A DNA stretch of 62,769 nt from a virus. This document shows, piece by piece, positions 9,253-16,616 of the stretch; the stretch's first letter is position 1, and every line of letters begins with the position of its first letter. The stretch lies in IMG/VR virus record IMGVR_UViG_3300050128_000007. One strand, written 5' to 3'. The position numbers were made by a program, and so were the translations under genes. The notes under the pieces are model-generated. The model did no database searches and was not told where the DNA came from. It worked only from the letters and a program-made list of their open reading frames with translations.

Positions 9253-9561
9253 TCATGCCTTTTTGCCTGCGCGTCCCTTGTGACGCGATACGAGACAATA
9301 GCCGAGCAAATCAACGCGGCCAAGTCTCGCTAGCTCCATCGTCTGCCAAACGCGGGCGCGTAGGTTGGCGGCTTCCTTGGACTCGTCGGCCTTCCCGCCG
9401 GCTTTGCTGTAGCCGAGTTCCACTTCGATCGGACCATGATCGGGGACCGTTAGCGTATCGGCCCAGCGCACAAACTTGCCGTGGTCAGTGAAGCTCGGGG
9501 CGAAGTCACCCGGCACCGGTTTGATCAGCGCGGCAATGATTGGCGGAAGCGGGCGCGTCAT
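9253..9561 (-). CDS. Hypothetical protein (102 aa)
   Basis: The ORF is packed tightly in an operon. Confidence 0.6.
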   Translation of the reverse strand: MTRPLPPIIAALIKPVPGDFAPSFTDHGKFVRWADTLTVPDHGPIEVELGYSKAGGKADESKEAANLRARVWQTMELARLGRVDLLGYCLVSRHKGRAGKKA

Positions 9562-9785
9562 CCGATACGAGGGCGACTGTGGGCAAATTGGTGGTCCTGT
9601 CCGATCCCTGGATACTTGGCGTGTACCTTGCGCCGGATGGTCGCTTGCTCGGCCGGGGAAGCGTTGTGCGCCATAGAGAGAGCCGCCCGTGCGTGGTTGG
9701 AATCCTGGATGGGGTATCGTCGCCCCGGCAGCGCAAACGAACCAGTGGCCAAGCTATTGCGTTTGGAGGCGGTCAATTTAGCCAT
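9558..9785 (-). CDS. Small conserved protein (FALPGRRYPI...HARAAL motif)
   Basis: The motif resembles a small family common in alphaproteobacteria and their phages. Confidence 0.55.
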   Translation of the reverse strand: MAKLTASKRNSLATGSFALPGRRYPIQDSNHARAALSMAHNASPAEQATIRRKVHAKYPGIGQDHQFAHSRPRIG

Positions 9786-10020
9786 TCGAGTTGGCCTTCC
9801 GTTGCTGCGCTTGCCGAAGCTGGGCTATCTGCGCGTTCTGGTTCCCTATCACCTTCGAGACGTTCTGCGATTGTGCCCTTTGAAACCGCTGTGCGTCAAA
9901 TGCCGATTGTATCTGTTGGTTCCGCTGCTGAGCGTCCGCAGCATCGTCTTGCTCGCCGGGTTGTGGCGGCGAGAAGGCATATGCCGATTGGGTGGGGAAA
10001 GCTGTGTCTATGTCAGACAT
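9778..10020 (-). CDS. Hypothetical Gln-rich protein (80 aa)
   Basis: The ORF overlaps the next gene by 8 nt. Confidence 0.55.
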   Translation of the reverse strand: MSDIDTAFPTQSAYAFSPPQPGEQDDAADAQQRNQQIQSAFDAQRFQRAQSQNVSKVIGNQNAQIAQLRQAQQRKANSNG

Positions 10021-10203
10021 CTAAGGCGCGTTGGTGCGTGGTGATCCAAACCCTAAGCCAGGCGCGGAGACGTGACCGCTCGTGAATGCCGCGGCAGCCC
10101 CAAGCGCCAGCACAATCAGGATGACAATGCCGACAGCGCGCGAGTTAACAGTCGCGGCAGATTGGCGCTGGCGCTTTGTCGAAGTCTTTTTGGGTGCCTT
10201 CAT
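10021..10203 (-). CDS. Small single-pass membrane protein (60 aa)
   Basis: Basic N-terminus followed by the hydrophobic stretch VGIVILIVLALGAAAAF. Confidence 0.5.
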   Translation of the reverse strand: MKAPKKTSTKRQRQSAATVNSRAVGIVILIVLALGAAAAFTSGHVSAPGLGFGSPRTNAP

Positions 10204-10226
10204 CGGGGACGCCCGATCCTCTCGCG

Positions 10227-10418
10227 TCAGTGAAAGGGTGTGCCGCCGCCCTGCAAGATAAATCCAAAATCATGCCAGCCGAGGAGGAACAGAAGCACGA
10301 ACAGCAAGAGCATGTTGCCGCCCCAGCCATAGGCCCAAGCCGCTCCGTTGCGCCACCAAATGCCGCCGAAAATCAACCACAATATCATCAACATCCAGAA
10401 CAGGAGACCAATCGGCAT
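10227..10418 (-). CDS. Small Trp-rich membrane protein (63 aa, 2 TM)
   Basis: MPIGLLFWMLMILWLIFGGIWW...LLLFVLLFLLGW. Confidence 0.55.
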   Translation of the reverse strand: MPIGLLFWMLMILWLIFGGIWWRNGAAWAYGWGGNMLLLFVLLFLLGWHDFGFILQGGGTPFH

Positions 10419-10434
10419 GGCTATTTCTCCGAGT

Positions 10435-10448
10435 GTTTCACGTGAAAC
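10435..10448. repeat. Perfect 14-bp palindrome GTTTCACGTGAAAC (intergenic)
   Basis: Read directly. Its half-site GTTTCA matches the GTTTCAG repeats at 11643..11669. Confidence 0.8.
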
Positions 10449-10451
10449 GAA

Positions 10452-10625
10452 TCACCGCTCCGTCATCGGCTTCTTGTGGGCAAACTCGGTCTGCGGATGG
10501 GCGTAGATGTTGTACTTCGCGCTGCCCTCGCCACCGCGCGGCTTGCTCTCGCCGCTTTTCATCTCATCGTTGACGCCGGAGGTTTGATACTCGCCGACCT
10601 CAATGCCGTCTTTAGTCTGAGCCAT
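10452..10625 (-). CDS. Small hydrophilic protein (57 aa)
   Basis: ATG 10625 preceded by AGGAGA. This replaces the longer 153-aa shadow ORF. Confidence 0.55.
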   Translation of the reverse strand: MAQTKDGIEVGEYQTSGVNDEMKSGESKPRGGEGSAKYNIYAHPQTEFAHKKPMTER

Positions 10626-10713
10626 CGCGCGTCTCCTGTGGAAAAGTCGGCCGAGCAAACCCGGGGTTGATAACCAGATAACGCACGGCCCCGATGATTC
10701 GTTCACGCGGCCG

Positions 10714-11160
10714 TTAAACCTTGCCGCCGCGAGGCCAATTGTCCATGTGCGGGCCGTGACGAGGCGCTGCTTGCGCGGGGAGATGCTGCTTCGTGTGATG
10801 AATGGCCGGCGGCGTAGCGCGCTCGCCTTCCTCCATCGCTCCGTCCATCCCGGTATGAGCGGTAGCGTCAGGGTGGGCCATCCCGCCGTGCGCCTCGCCG
10901 TATGGCTCGACACCGAAGTTGCCGCCGCCTTTGATCAAGCTAGAGGCCATCGCCTTGCGCGGGCTCATGCCCTTCTCGCCAGCCATGCCGTCTTCGTTCA
11001 TCTTGGATTTCATCGGAGGGTCCTTTCGTTTGCTGCTAAATGCGACGGCCTCGGCCTGCTTGTTGGCGCGCGCCGCCCCGAACTTCGCTGCCGTTCTAGC
11101 ATACGTCGGCCCGGAATGAAATTCCTTGATTCGGCTAGGAATAGATCCTTTGAGCGGCAT
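10714..11160 (-). CDS. Hypothetical protein with a KQAEAVAFSSKRK-type motif (148 aa)
   Basis: ATG 11160 lies 10 nt after the terS stop. The N-terminal motif resembles small stress-protein families. The C-terminus is His/Gly/Met-rich. Confidence 0.5.
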   Translation of the reverse strand: MPLKGSIPSRIKEFHSGPTYARTAAKFGAARANKQAEAVAFSSKRKDPPMKSKMNEDGMAGEKGMSPRKAMASSLIKGGGNFGVEPYGEAHGGMAHPDATAHTGMDGAMEEGERATPPAIHHTKQHLPAQAAPRHGPHMDNWPRGGKV

Positions 11161-11170
11161 AAGCAGAAAC

Positions 11171-11632
11171 TTACGCCACCTTGTCCGGTTCCGCAATCGC
11201 CTCGATGGTCTTCATCGGCTTTGGGCCTGGCGCAGCCTCAATCACAAACCGAACCGTAGAGTTGAGGTGGCCCGAGAGATTAACATCCGCCTGCTCGCGC
11301 CAGCCCATGCGGGCCTTTGTCCACCAGATCATCGCCGTCACGTTCTTGGATTCGGTCGCGAGTTTGTAGAGTGCGGAAACTATGGCCGTGTTCGCCTTGG
11401 CCACTCCCTTATCAAGCTCATCGCGGAAGCGTAGCCGTAGGGTTTTATCGTCGATCCGCTGCCCGGTAGCCTGATTGACGACGAGGCGCGCAATTTCCTC
11501 GTGCCGGATGCCGAAGCCCGCCATTGCCTCGACCTGATCGCGCTGTTCCTTCGTAGGGGCGAATGGCGCTGGTCCTCGACGCTTTTTAATTCGAGGTGGG
11601 GGAGAGTTTTGTACCTTCGTGCCTGTAGCCAT
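11171..11632 (-). CDS. terS: Terminase small subunit (putative)
   Basis: First gene of the late operon. It has an HTH-like MAGFGIRHEEIARLV and a C-terminal IWWTKARMGWRE motif typical of small terminases. Confidence 0.6.
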   Translation of the reverse strand: MATGTKVQNSPPPRIKKRRGPAPFAPTKEQRDQVEAMAGFGIRHEEIARLVVNQATGQRIDDKTLRLRFRDELDKGVAKANTAIVSALYKLATESKNVTAMIWWTKARMGWREQADVNLSGHLNSTVRFVIEAAPGPKPMKTIEAIAEPDKVA

Positions 11633-11642
11633 GTGGAAATTG

Positions 11643-11669
11643 GTTTCAGAAAGTTTCAGGAGGTTTCAG
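11643..11669. promoter_or_regulatory. Three GTTTCAG repeats at an exact 10-bp period, just upstream of the late operon start
   Basis: Copies at 11643, 11653 and 11663. The third extends to GGTTTCAGACT, which is also found at 15447..15457. Confidence 0.5.
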
Positions 11670-11717
11670 ACTCTACTGGCCATATTACACGGAATAGGCG
11701 GTCCACAAAGAGTAAAT

Positions 11718-11741
11718 CGGCGGAGCAATAAAGCTCCGCCG
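11718..11741. terminator. Perfect 9-bp stem hairpin CGGCGGAGC-AATAAA-GCTCCGCCG
   Basis: Read directly. A weak T-rich tail follows on the minus strand. It lies between the control region and terS. Confidence 0.4.
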
Positions 11742-11926
11742 ACTCAATGGGTTACGGGTGTAGCAAGGTGCTCGGGTCGGTAGTGTCTCAGTTTGAATTT
11801 AGAGGTCAATGACCCGGCTGATTAGTGGCGGTCGGCGCCGTCCCCGCCAAAGTTTGCAAGCGCGGGGCTATCGTAACTAGGGCGCCCATTATAGTCAGAG
11901 AAGCGATGACGACCGCCACAATGCGT

Positions 11927-12018
11927 GTGACGCATGTGACGGGTTCTTTCGGTATCCCCGTTAGGCGCGCACGCGCGCGCGTGGCGCCGATAACGAAAAC
12001 ATCCGTCACATGCGTCAC
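11927..12018. repeat. 92-bp imperfect palindrome with 16-bp perfect outer arms GTGACGCATGTGACGG / CCGTCACATGCGTCAC
   Basis: Paired position by position. The centre is CACGCGCGCGCGTG. The region holds only implausible ORFs. Confidence 0.85.
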
Positions 12019-12282
12019 GGCGTTGATTTCATTGGCATTCATTCAGGGGTCCATCGGCTACAGATCCATCTCGGTGCGGCCGCTACCGCCCTGCCGGAGC
12101 GCAAGGCCGCGAAAGCCGCGTCCGCCGTGGTCGCGATAATTGATGAAGCCGCGGCTCGCGAGAATCCCTTTGTCGGCAGATGGTCTACTCGGACTTCAAG
12201 GCGCGTCGCGCGGCGGCGGCAGGCTTTTGCGGTTGCTGGGCTTTTGCCGTCGGTTCGGCCACGGGTCATCCGCAGAATGCAT

Positions 12283-12343
12283 TATAGTTCATGCGCTATA
12301 ATCGGAATTATGCACTTGACAAACCGAAACCGCATGAACTATA
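12283..12343. promoter_or_regulatory. 13-bp perfect inverted repeat TATAGTTCATGCG / CGCATGAACTATA bracketing a promoter
   Basis: Arms at 12283..12295 and 12331..12343. The right arm overlaps the -10 element. Confidence 0.5.
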
Positions 12344-12345
12344 GT
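12316..12345 (+). promoter_or_regulatory. Sigma70-like promoter TTGACA-N18-TATAGT
   Basis: -35 at 12316..12321 and -10 at 12340..12345. The ATG at 12353 lies about 7 nt downstream, so the transcript may be leaderless. Confidence 0.45.
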
Positions 12346-12352
12346 TCCGGTC

Positions 12353-13300
12353 ATGGGAGCCGGTAACATGAACCTGTCAGAGATTTCAAGCCTCACCGAG
12401 GATCAAGCCCGCGAGTATTTCGAGAAAACCCGCTGGCCGAATGGTCGGGTTTGCCCCCATTGCGGATCGGTCGAAAGCACGAAGCTACGGGGCAAGGCTC
12501 ACCGCGTCGGGCTGTATAAGTGTTCGGGCTGCGATGGCCAGTTTACGGCGACCATCAACACGATTTTGGAGGATAGCCACCTCCCGATCCGAACGTGGCT
12601 GATGGCTTTCTCGATCCTGTGTTCGGCGAAAAAGGGCGTCAGTGCCCTCCAATTACAGCGCCAGCTTGGCCTAGGGAGCTACCGAAGCGCATGGCATTTG
12701 GCGCACCGGATTAGGCACGCGATGGCCCGCGAGCCATTGAAGGGCCTCTTAGGCGTCGGCGGCGGCACTGTCGAGGCGGACGAAACATGGGTCGGCGGCA
12801 AGCCCCGCAAGCGCGCTAGCAAGCGCGTTGCCGGTGCCAGCCGCGAACGTCCCGTTCCCACGAAAACCCGCGTGGTCGGGCTTGTGGAGCGCGGCGGTAG
12901 GGCGCGTGCGCACGTCATCCCCGATTTGACCGCGCCAACATTGAAGGCGGCGGTTCGGGCGCACGTCGATCCCAGCGCACGACTGATGACGGACGAAAAT
13001 CACGCCTATTTCGGGCTCGGCAGCGAGTTCGCCGGTGGGCATGAGGTCGTCAATCACAGCGCGTATGAGTACGCGCGCGGCGACGCGACGACCAACACGG
13101 TCGAAGGGTTTTTCGGTCTGTTCAAGCGCGGTGTGATGGGTAGTTTCCATCACATCAGCGAAAAGCACATGGACCGTTACTTGAACGAATTTTCGTTCCG
13201 ATGGGACTTGCGGAAAGTAACAGACGGTGAGCGCACCGTTGAAGCGATCAAAGCCGCAGAAGGCAAGCGGTTGATGTATCGCGTGCCAGTAGGGAACTAG
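12353..13300 (+). CDS. IS1595-family (ISXO2-like) DDE transposase homologue, copy 1
   Basis: N-terminal zinc ribbon CPHCG...CSGC. Catalytic-type motifs ADETWVGG, TDENHAY and NTVEGFFGLFKR. An alternative start is at 12368. Confidence 0.8.
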   Translation: MGAGNMNLSEISSLTEDQAREYFEKTRWPNGRVCPHCGSVESTKLRGKAHRVGLYKCSGCDGQFTATINTILEDSHLPIRTWLMAFSILCSAKKGVSALQLQRQLGLGSYRSAWHLAHRIRHAMAREPLKGLLGVGGGTVEADETWVGGKPRKRASKRVAGASRERPVPTKTRVVGLVERGGRARAHVIPDLTAPTLKAAVRAHVDPSARLMTDENHAYFGLGSEFAGGHEVVNHSAYEYARGDATTNTVEGFFGLFKRGVMGSFHHISEKHMDRYLNEFSFRWDLRKVTDGERTVEAIKAAEGKRLMYRVPVGN

Positions 13301-13344
13301 CGCCCGGATTCACAAGGCGTTTTCAATGTGATACGGGCGAGGGA

Positions 13345-13442
13345 TGCGGTAGACCGGATTCGAACCGATAAGGGGCTTGTCCGTTGAAGGGGCTCCCACC
13401 CGGTTCCAAACCGGGCGCGTCTGCCAATTTCGCCACTACCGC
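13345..13442 (-). tRNA. Class-II (long variable region) tRNA-like gene with anticodon loop UUUGGAA (UGG); isotype uncertain
   Basis: Perfect 7-bp acceptor stem GCGGUAG/CUACCGC. Leu-type D arm GCGAAAUUGGCAGACGC. Anticodon stem CCCGG/CCGGG. T arm AUCGG-UUCGAAU-CCGGU. Discriminator A. No encoded CCA. Confidence 0.7.
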
Positions 13443-13503
13443 GTGGTGACGCCGCTCGGTCGGTATTCGGTCCACAGCCGAACCCGTACCGAGCGGCGCC
13501 GGT

Positions 13504-13525
13504 TTTCCTAGGCGCGCCTAGGAAA
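13504..13525. repeat. Perfect 22-bp palindrome TTTCCTAGGCGCGCCTAGGAAA abutting the stop codon of gene 13526..13948
   Basis: Read directly. A second long hairpin (10-bp arms GCCGCTCGGT/ACCGAGCGGC) lies at 13451..13497. Confidence 0.8.
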
Positions 13526-13948
13526 TCATTCAGCGGCGCGCTGATGCTCTGCCGCTCTACTCTCGACCAGAAACCACTTTCCTTCCTTGTTTTTATACGC
13601 ACCGGCCTTACGGCCTCGGTCGAGCGCAAATCGAATACCGGAATAAGAAACCGACTTTTCCGCCGGCGTGACCGCCGATTCATGGATTTCAAGGGCACCA
13701 GCGCCTTTCATTCGACGCTCGGTAAGAACGCGCCTGATAAGACTATCAACGGCTCCATTCGGAGCTCGTCGAGCCGCCTGCGTCACCCGCACTCGCCGCA
13801 ACGGAGTTTTTTTGATAGTCTCTGCAACTGCATCGCCTTGGGCGGCTTGCATGATTCTAGTGATTGCGTCGCGGTCGCCGCGCGCGTATTCAGCAGCGAA
13901 AAGCCGCCTGATTTGTTGCAGAAGTTCCTCTAATTCGGTGTTGGCCAT
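13526..13948 (-). CDS. Putative DNA-binding regulator (140 aa, winged-helix-like C-terminus)
   Basis: The promoter region carries the palindrome at 13985..14003. The function is inferred only. Confidence 0.45.
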   Translation of the reverse strand: MANTELEELLQQIRRLFAAEYARGDRDAITRIMQAAQGDAVAETIKKTPLRRVRVTQAARRAPNGAVDSLIRRVLTERRMKGAGALEIHESAVTPAEKSVSYSGIRFALDRGRKAGAYKNKEGKWFLVESRAAEHQRAAE

Positions 13949-13984
13949 GGCACATTCTCAGAATCGATCTACCCGCAGTAGTAA

Positions 13985-14003
13985 TGCTAGTTCGAAACTA
14001 GCA
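13985..14003. promoter_or_regulatory. Operator-like palindrome TGCTAGTT-CGA-AACTAGCA
   Basis: 8-bp arms, 37 nt upstream of the ATG at 13948. Confidence 0.4.
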
Positions 14004-14251
14004 CAAGCCAAAAAAGGCAAACAACGACAGAGGCCTAACCAGCGCAAAACCGCCCTATCGTTGTACCCACTATCACTAGAAACCGCTCTAGGGGCGGCCC
14101 TCCAGACGGGTAAGCTACCCCCAAAGAGTTAATAAACTATTAAATCTGCGGCAGTCTTAATGAATTGGTATGCCATGCGCGCGACGTACTGCGGATGCTG
14201 GCGAAGCAAAAGCCGAAAGACAAACCAGAAAGTAACGACGATAGGGCAGCC

Positions 14252-14971
14252 TTATTCCGTTGATTTAAAATCGTTAGCTAGTCGCTCCAAAATAATCCAA
14301 TAGGTTGGACCACTGGCTTCGGCCCTTTCGTGTGTGACAAATTCCGCGCACGCCAGCCAATCCTTCAATACAGTTGTGCGATAGTAATTACGGTACATCT
14401 CCTTGTCGAGAATGCCGCTTTCTATGCCCAGCGCAATTAATTCATACTGGTTCAAGATTTTCCTAATTACCAAGGCCTCTTTTGTAGTTCCTCCGGCGTG
14501 CTTCTTTAAGCCATCCTTGGCCTCTCGCAATTCTATAAAGGCCTTGCGGCTGTCAACCCAATGCTCATTTGTTTGCATCGCAATAAGCATCTGTAGAGTT
14601 GCAGTGAGACGTTGAATTTCGCGATTAGAATCTATTTGTTTGTGAACGCCATCACGGGCGGTTTCAATTTGTTGCTGCACTCCACTACGTGCCGTCTCTA
14701 TTTGCTGCGTGAACCCATCCCTCGCATCAGTAATCTGTTTTTTCAGTGATCCAAGCTGCATCCATGCGAATACAGCGGTCACAATGATTGCGATGGAGGA
14801 AAGAATAATAAAGATCGCTTGAATAGTAGACAGCGCCGATGACTCGTCGCCGTAACAAACAGCGTCAAGCCCCAAAGTATGCACCGTATGGATGCATTCT
14901 GCCAAAGTCATGCCAACCTCACCCGGCCCCAAAAAGCTAATGGGCCGCTGCAAATTGTACAGACGGCCCAT
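14252..14971 (-). CDS. Membrane-anchored protein with QQIETAR(S/D)GV repeats and a helical C-terminal domain (239 aa), in an AT-rich island
   Basis: TM segment IFIILSSIAIIVTAVFAWM. The GC content is visibly lower than the genome. A 12-codon upstream ORF (15003..15041) has a perfect AAGGAGGT SD. Confidence 0.6.
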   Translation of the reverse strand: MGRLYNLQRPISFLGPGEVGMTLAECIHTVHTLGLDAVCYGDESSALSTIQAIFIILSSIAIIVTAVFAWMQLGSLKKQITDARDGFTQQIETARSGVQQQIETARDGVHKQIDSNREIQRLTATLQMLIAMQTNEHWVDSRKAFIELREAKDGLKKHAGGTTKEALVIRKILNQYELIALGIESGILDKEMYRNYYRTTVLKDWLACAEFVTHERAEASGPTYWIILERLANDFKSTE

Positions 14972-15180
14972 TACAACTTATTGGAAGGCGAATTGGAAGC
15001 TGTTAGCCGCCAACCCCTTCGAGGGTGAGAATCTGTGTCATCGCCTACCTCCTTTGTCTCTTGCCTGGACCGTTACATAGTCATGTTCATAGGTCTATGC
15101 GAGGGCGCACCAACCAAGCAAAAATCTAGCCAAAAATGGTTAATTTTCGGACAGATTGCCTGTGGGGACAACGCATATCC

Positions 15181-15426
15181 CTAAATATCGTTCGATGCCG
15201 ACGGAAACTCCCGTTTTGCCCCGTCGATGAGGATCGAATCACAAAACGAGGCGCGCCGCAAGGGCACCGCGTCGGCCGGAACCGGCATGAACTCCCAGCT
15301 GGCACGGTTTGTGAAGTGCATAATTCCGCCCTTGCTGTCAGCGACCAGCACGCCAGCCTTAATTAAATCGTATGCGCTCCAATTGCACATACGGTAGGCC
15401 ATCTCACGTAGGGCGGCTGGGCTCAT
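15181..15426 (-). CDS. Hypothetical protein (81 aa)
   Basis: The motif AGTCTGAAACC lies 30 nt upstream of the ORF. Confidence 0.55.
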   Translation of the reverse strand: MSPAALREMAYRMCNWSAYDLIKAGVLVADSKGGIMHFTNRASWEFMPVPADAVPLRRASFCDSILIDGAKREFPSASNDI

Positions 15427-15446
15427 TTATGGCCTCTTATCTAGTG

Positions 15447-15482
15447 GGTTTCAGACTTTGGGGGTATCAACCGGATAAGCAT
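15447..15482. promoter_or_regulatory. Intergenic copies of two recurring motifs: GGTTTCAGACT (15447..15457) and AACCGGATAAGCAT (15469..15482)
   Basis: The first motif is identical to 11662..11672. The second is identical to the core of the cassette inverted repeats at 21345..21358 (reverse) and 22009..22022. Confidence 0.5.
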
Positions 15483-15556
15483 TTCGAATCATGCGAGCGT
15501 AGGGGAAAATTTTACCACTCGCCAGTGGACGGCGCGGTATTGGCGAGGTAGGCTCT

Positions 15557-15937
15557 GTGGATAAGTCAGGAGTACGCACCATGATTTCGAGGAAGATGCG
15601 AGATGTTTTGATTGACCATCTGGACGGACGTGAGGTTCCTATAATTCATGCAACTGAGGCTTCCGGAATGGAAGCGCGCGACCTGGCATTGAAGCAGCAT
15701 ACCACGTCTGCACTCCTACACCGCAGATTGCTAAAGATCGACGGCAAGTTACCCCCACGCACAACGACAATCACTGAAAGCGGGCGCTCGGAACTCTGCC
15801 GCGCCCTCGCCGATTGGGCCGATGCGTTAGCCCGAGCCGATGATAGAGCGGATTGGTTCGTCACTGGAGCCACGGCAGCCCACAATCGCCCAGACGTGAC
15901 CGTGGATGCGTCTTTGGCTCCGAAGGTCCCGACATAG
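15557..15937 (+). CDS. Hypothetical protein (126 aa)
   Basis: An isolated plus-strand ORF with a GTG start. An alternative ATG lies a few codons downstream. Confidence 0.5.
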   Translation: MDKSGVRTMISRKMRDVLIDHLDGREVPIIHATEASGMEARDLALKQHTTSALLHRRLLKIDGKLPPRTTTITESGRSELCRALADWADALARADDRADWFVTGATAAHNRPDVTVDASLAPKVPT

Positions 15938-15951
15938 CAGCCAAGGCTGAT

Positions 15952-16116
15952 TTATCGCCCACGGCGCATCTCCTCCTCGGTAAGCGGCATACCAACTAGC
16001 CCATAGATGCCAGCCTTAAAGGCTTCGTATTGCGCTACCAGCATGAAGCCGGCGCGCACCGCCGCATCACGTCTGGGGACGCCCAAGTTCCCGCGCACGA
16101 GCTGTTCAGTGGTCAT
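15952..16116 (-). CDS. Small hypothetical protein (54 aa; below the ORF-track cutoff)
   Basis: ATGA overlap with the stop of the upstream gene (16113..16116). Translated by hand. Confidence 0.45.
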   Translation of the reverse strand: MTTEQLVRGNLGVPRRDAAVRAGFMLVAQYEAFKAGIYGLVGMPLTEEEMRRGR

Positions 16117-16616
16117 ATCTCACGCTCCGTCCGGAAAGACTCCCTCGGCCGGCTTGCGTCTGCGTTCGGCGACTTCCAGGTCTTCGGCAGCCGCGTGACG
16201 CATTGCTGAAAGGCGGAAAGTGCGACGTGGATGCCGGCGCGGCCTTCGAGCCAATCGCGTGGATCCGCCTCGCCGCTTTCCTTCCACGCCAGGACCGCTT
16301 GATATTGCGGCGCGTCGATGGGGACAAACACATTCGCCCGACAGCCGGGGAAGTTCTCTGGCGGCACATAGTCGCGGTTAAGATTCGGCTTCGGGCTGGC
16401 ATGCGCCGCGCGCCACTGTCTCGCTCCTTCAGCTTCGCACGCGTCTCGCACTTCCTTGACGCTCGGCAAAAATCCAATCTTGCTCGGGATACCGGTGCGC
16501 GGGTCGGTGACGACATCGACAACGGTCTGGACATATTCGCCGAGCACGCTCGCGATCGCAGCGCAGTAGATTTCAGGATTTGCCGCCTCGTCCCTCCGGT
16601 AGCAGGCGAACATCAT
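16113..16616 (-). CDS. Hypothetical protein (167 aa from ATG 16616; the ORF is open from 16751)
   Basis: The long version would overlap the upstream gene by 178 nt, so the internal MMFACYRRDE start is preferred. Confidence 0.5.
   Translation of the reverse strand: MMFACYRRDEAANPEIYCAAIASVLGEYVQTVVDVVTDPRTGIPSKIGFLPSVKEVRDACEAEGARQWRAAHASPKPNLNRDYVPPENFPGCRANVFVPIDAPQYQAVLAWKESGEADPRDWLEGRAGIHVALSAFQQCVTRLPKTWKSPNADASRPRESFRTEREI

Noticed and set aside
11927-12018. The large palindrome as a telomere-resolution (telRL) site of a linear plasmid prophage
   Set aside because: No protelomerase-sized gene or partition genes are present. It is kept only as a generic ori, pac or terminator candidate.
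11806-12366. ORFs 11806..12042(-), 11825..12139(+), 12010..12366(+) and 12039..12269(-)
   Set aside because: They overlap each other and the 92-bp palindrome. They have no SD and poor composition. The region is treated as non-coding regulatory DNA.
12268-13344. Transposase copy 1 as an intact IS1595 insertion
   Set aside because: I found no matching terminal inverted repeats or target duplication between the left (12240..12352) and right (13301..13344) flanks. The upstream inverted repeat is local to the promoter.
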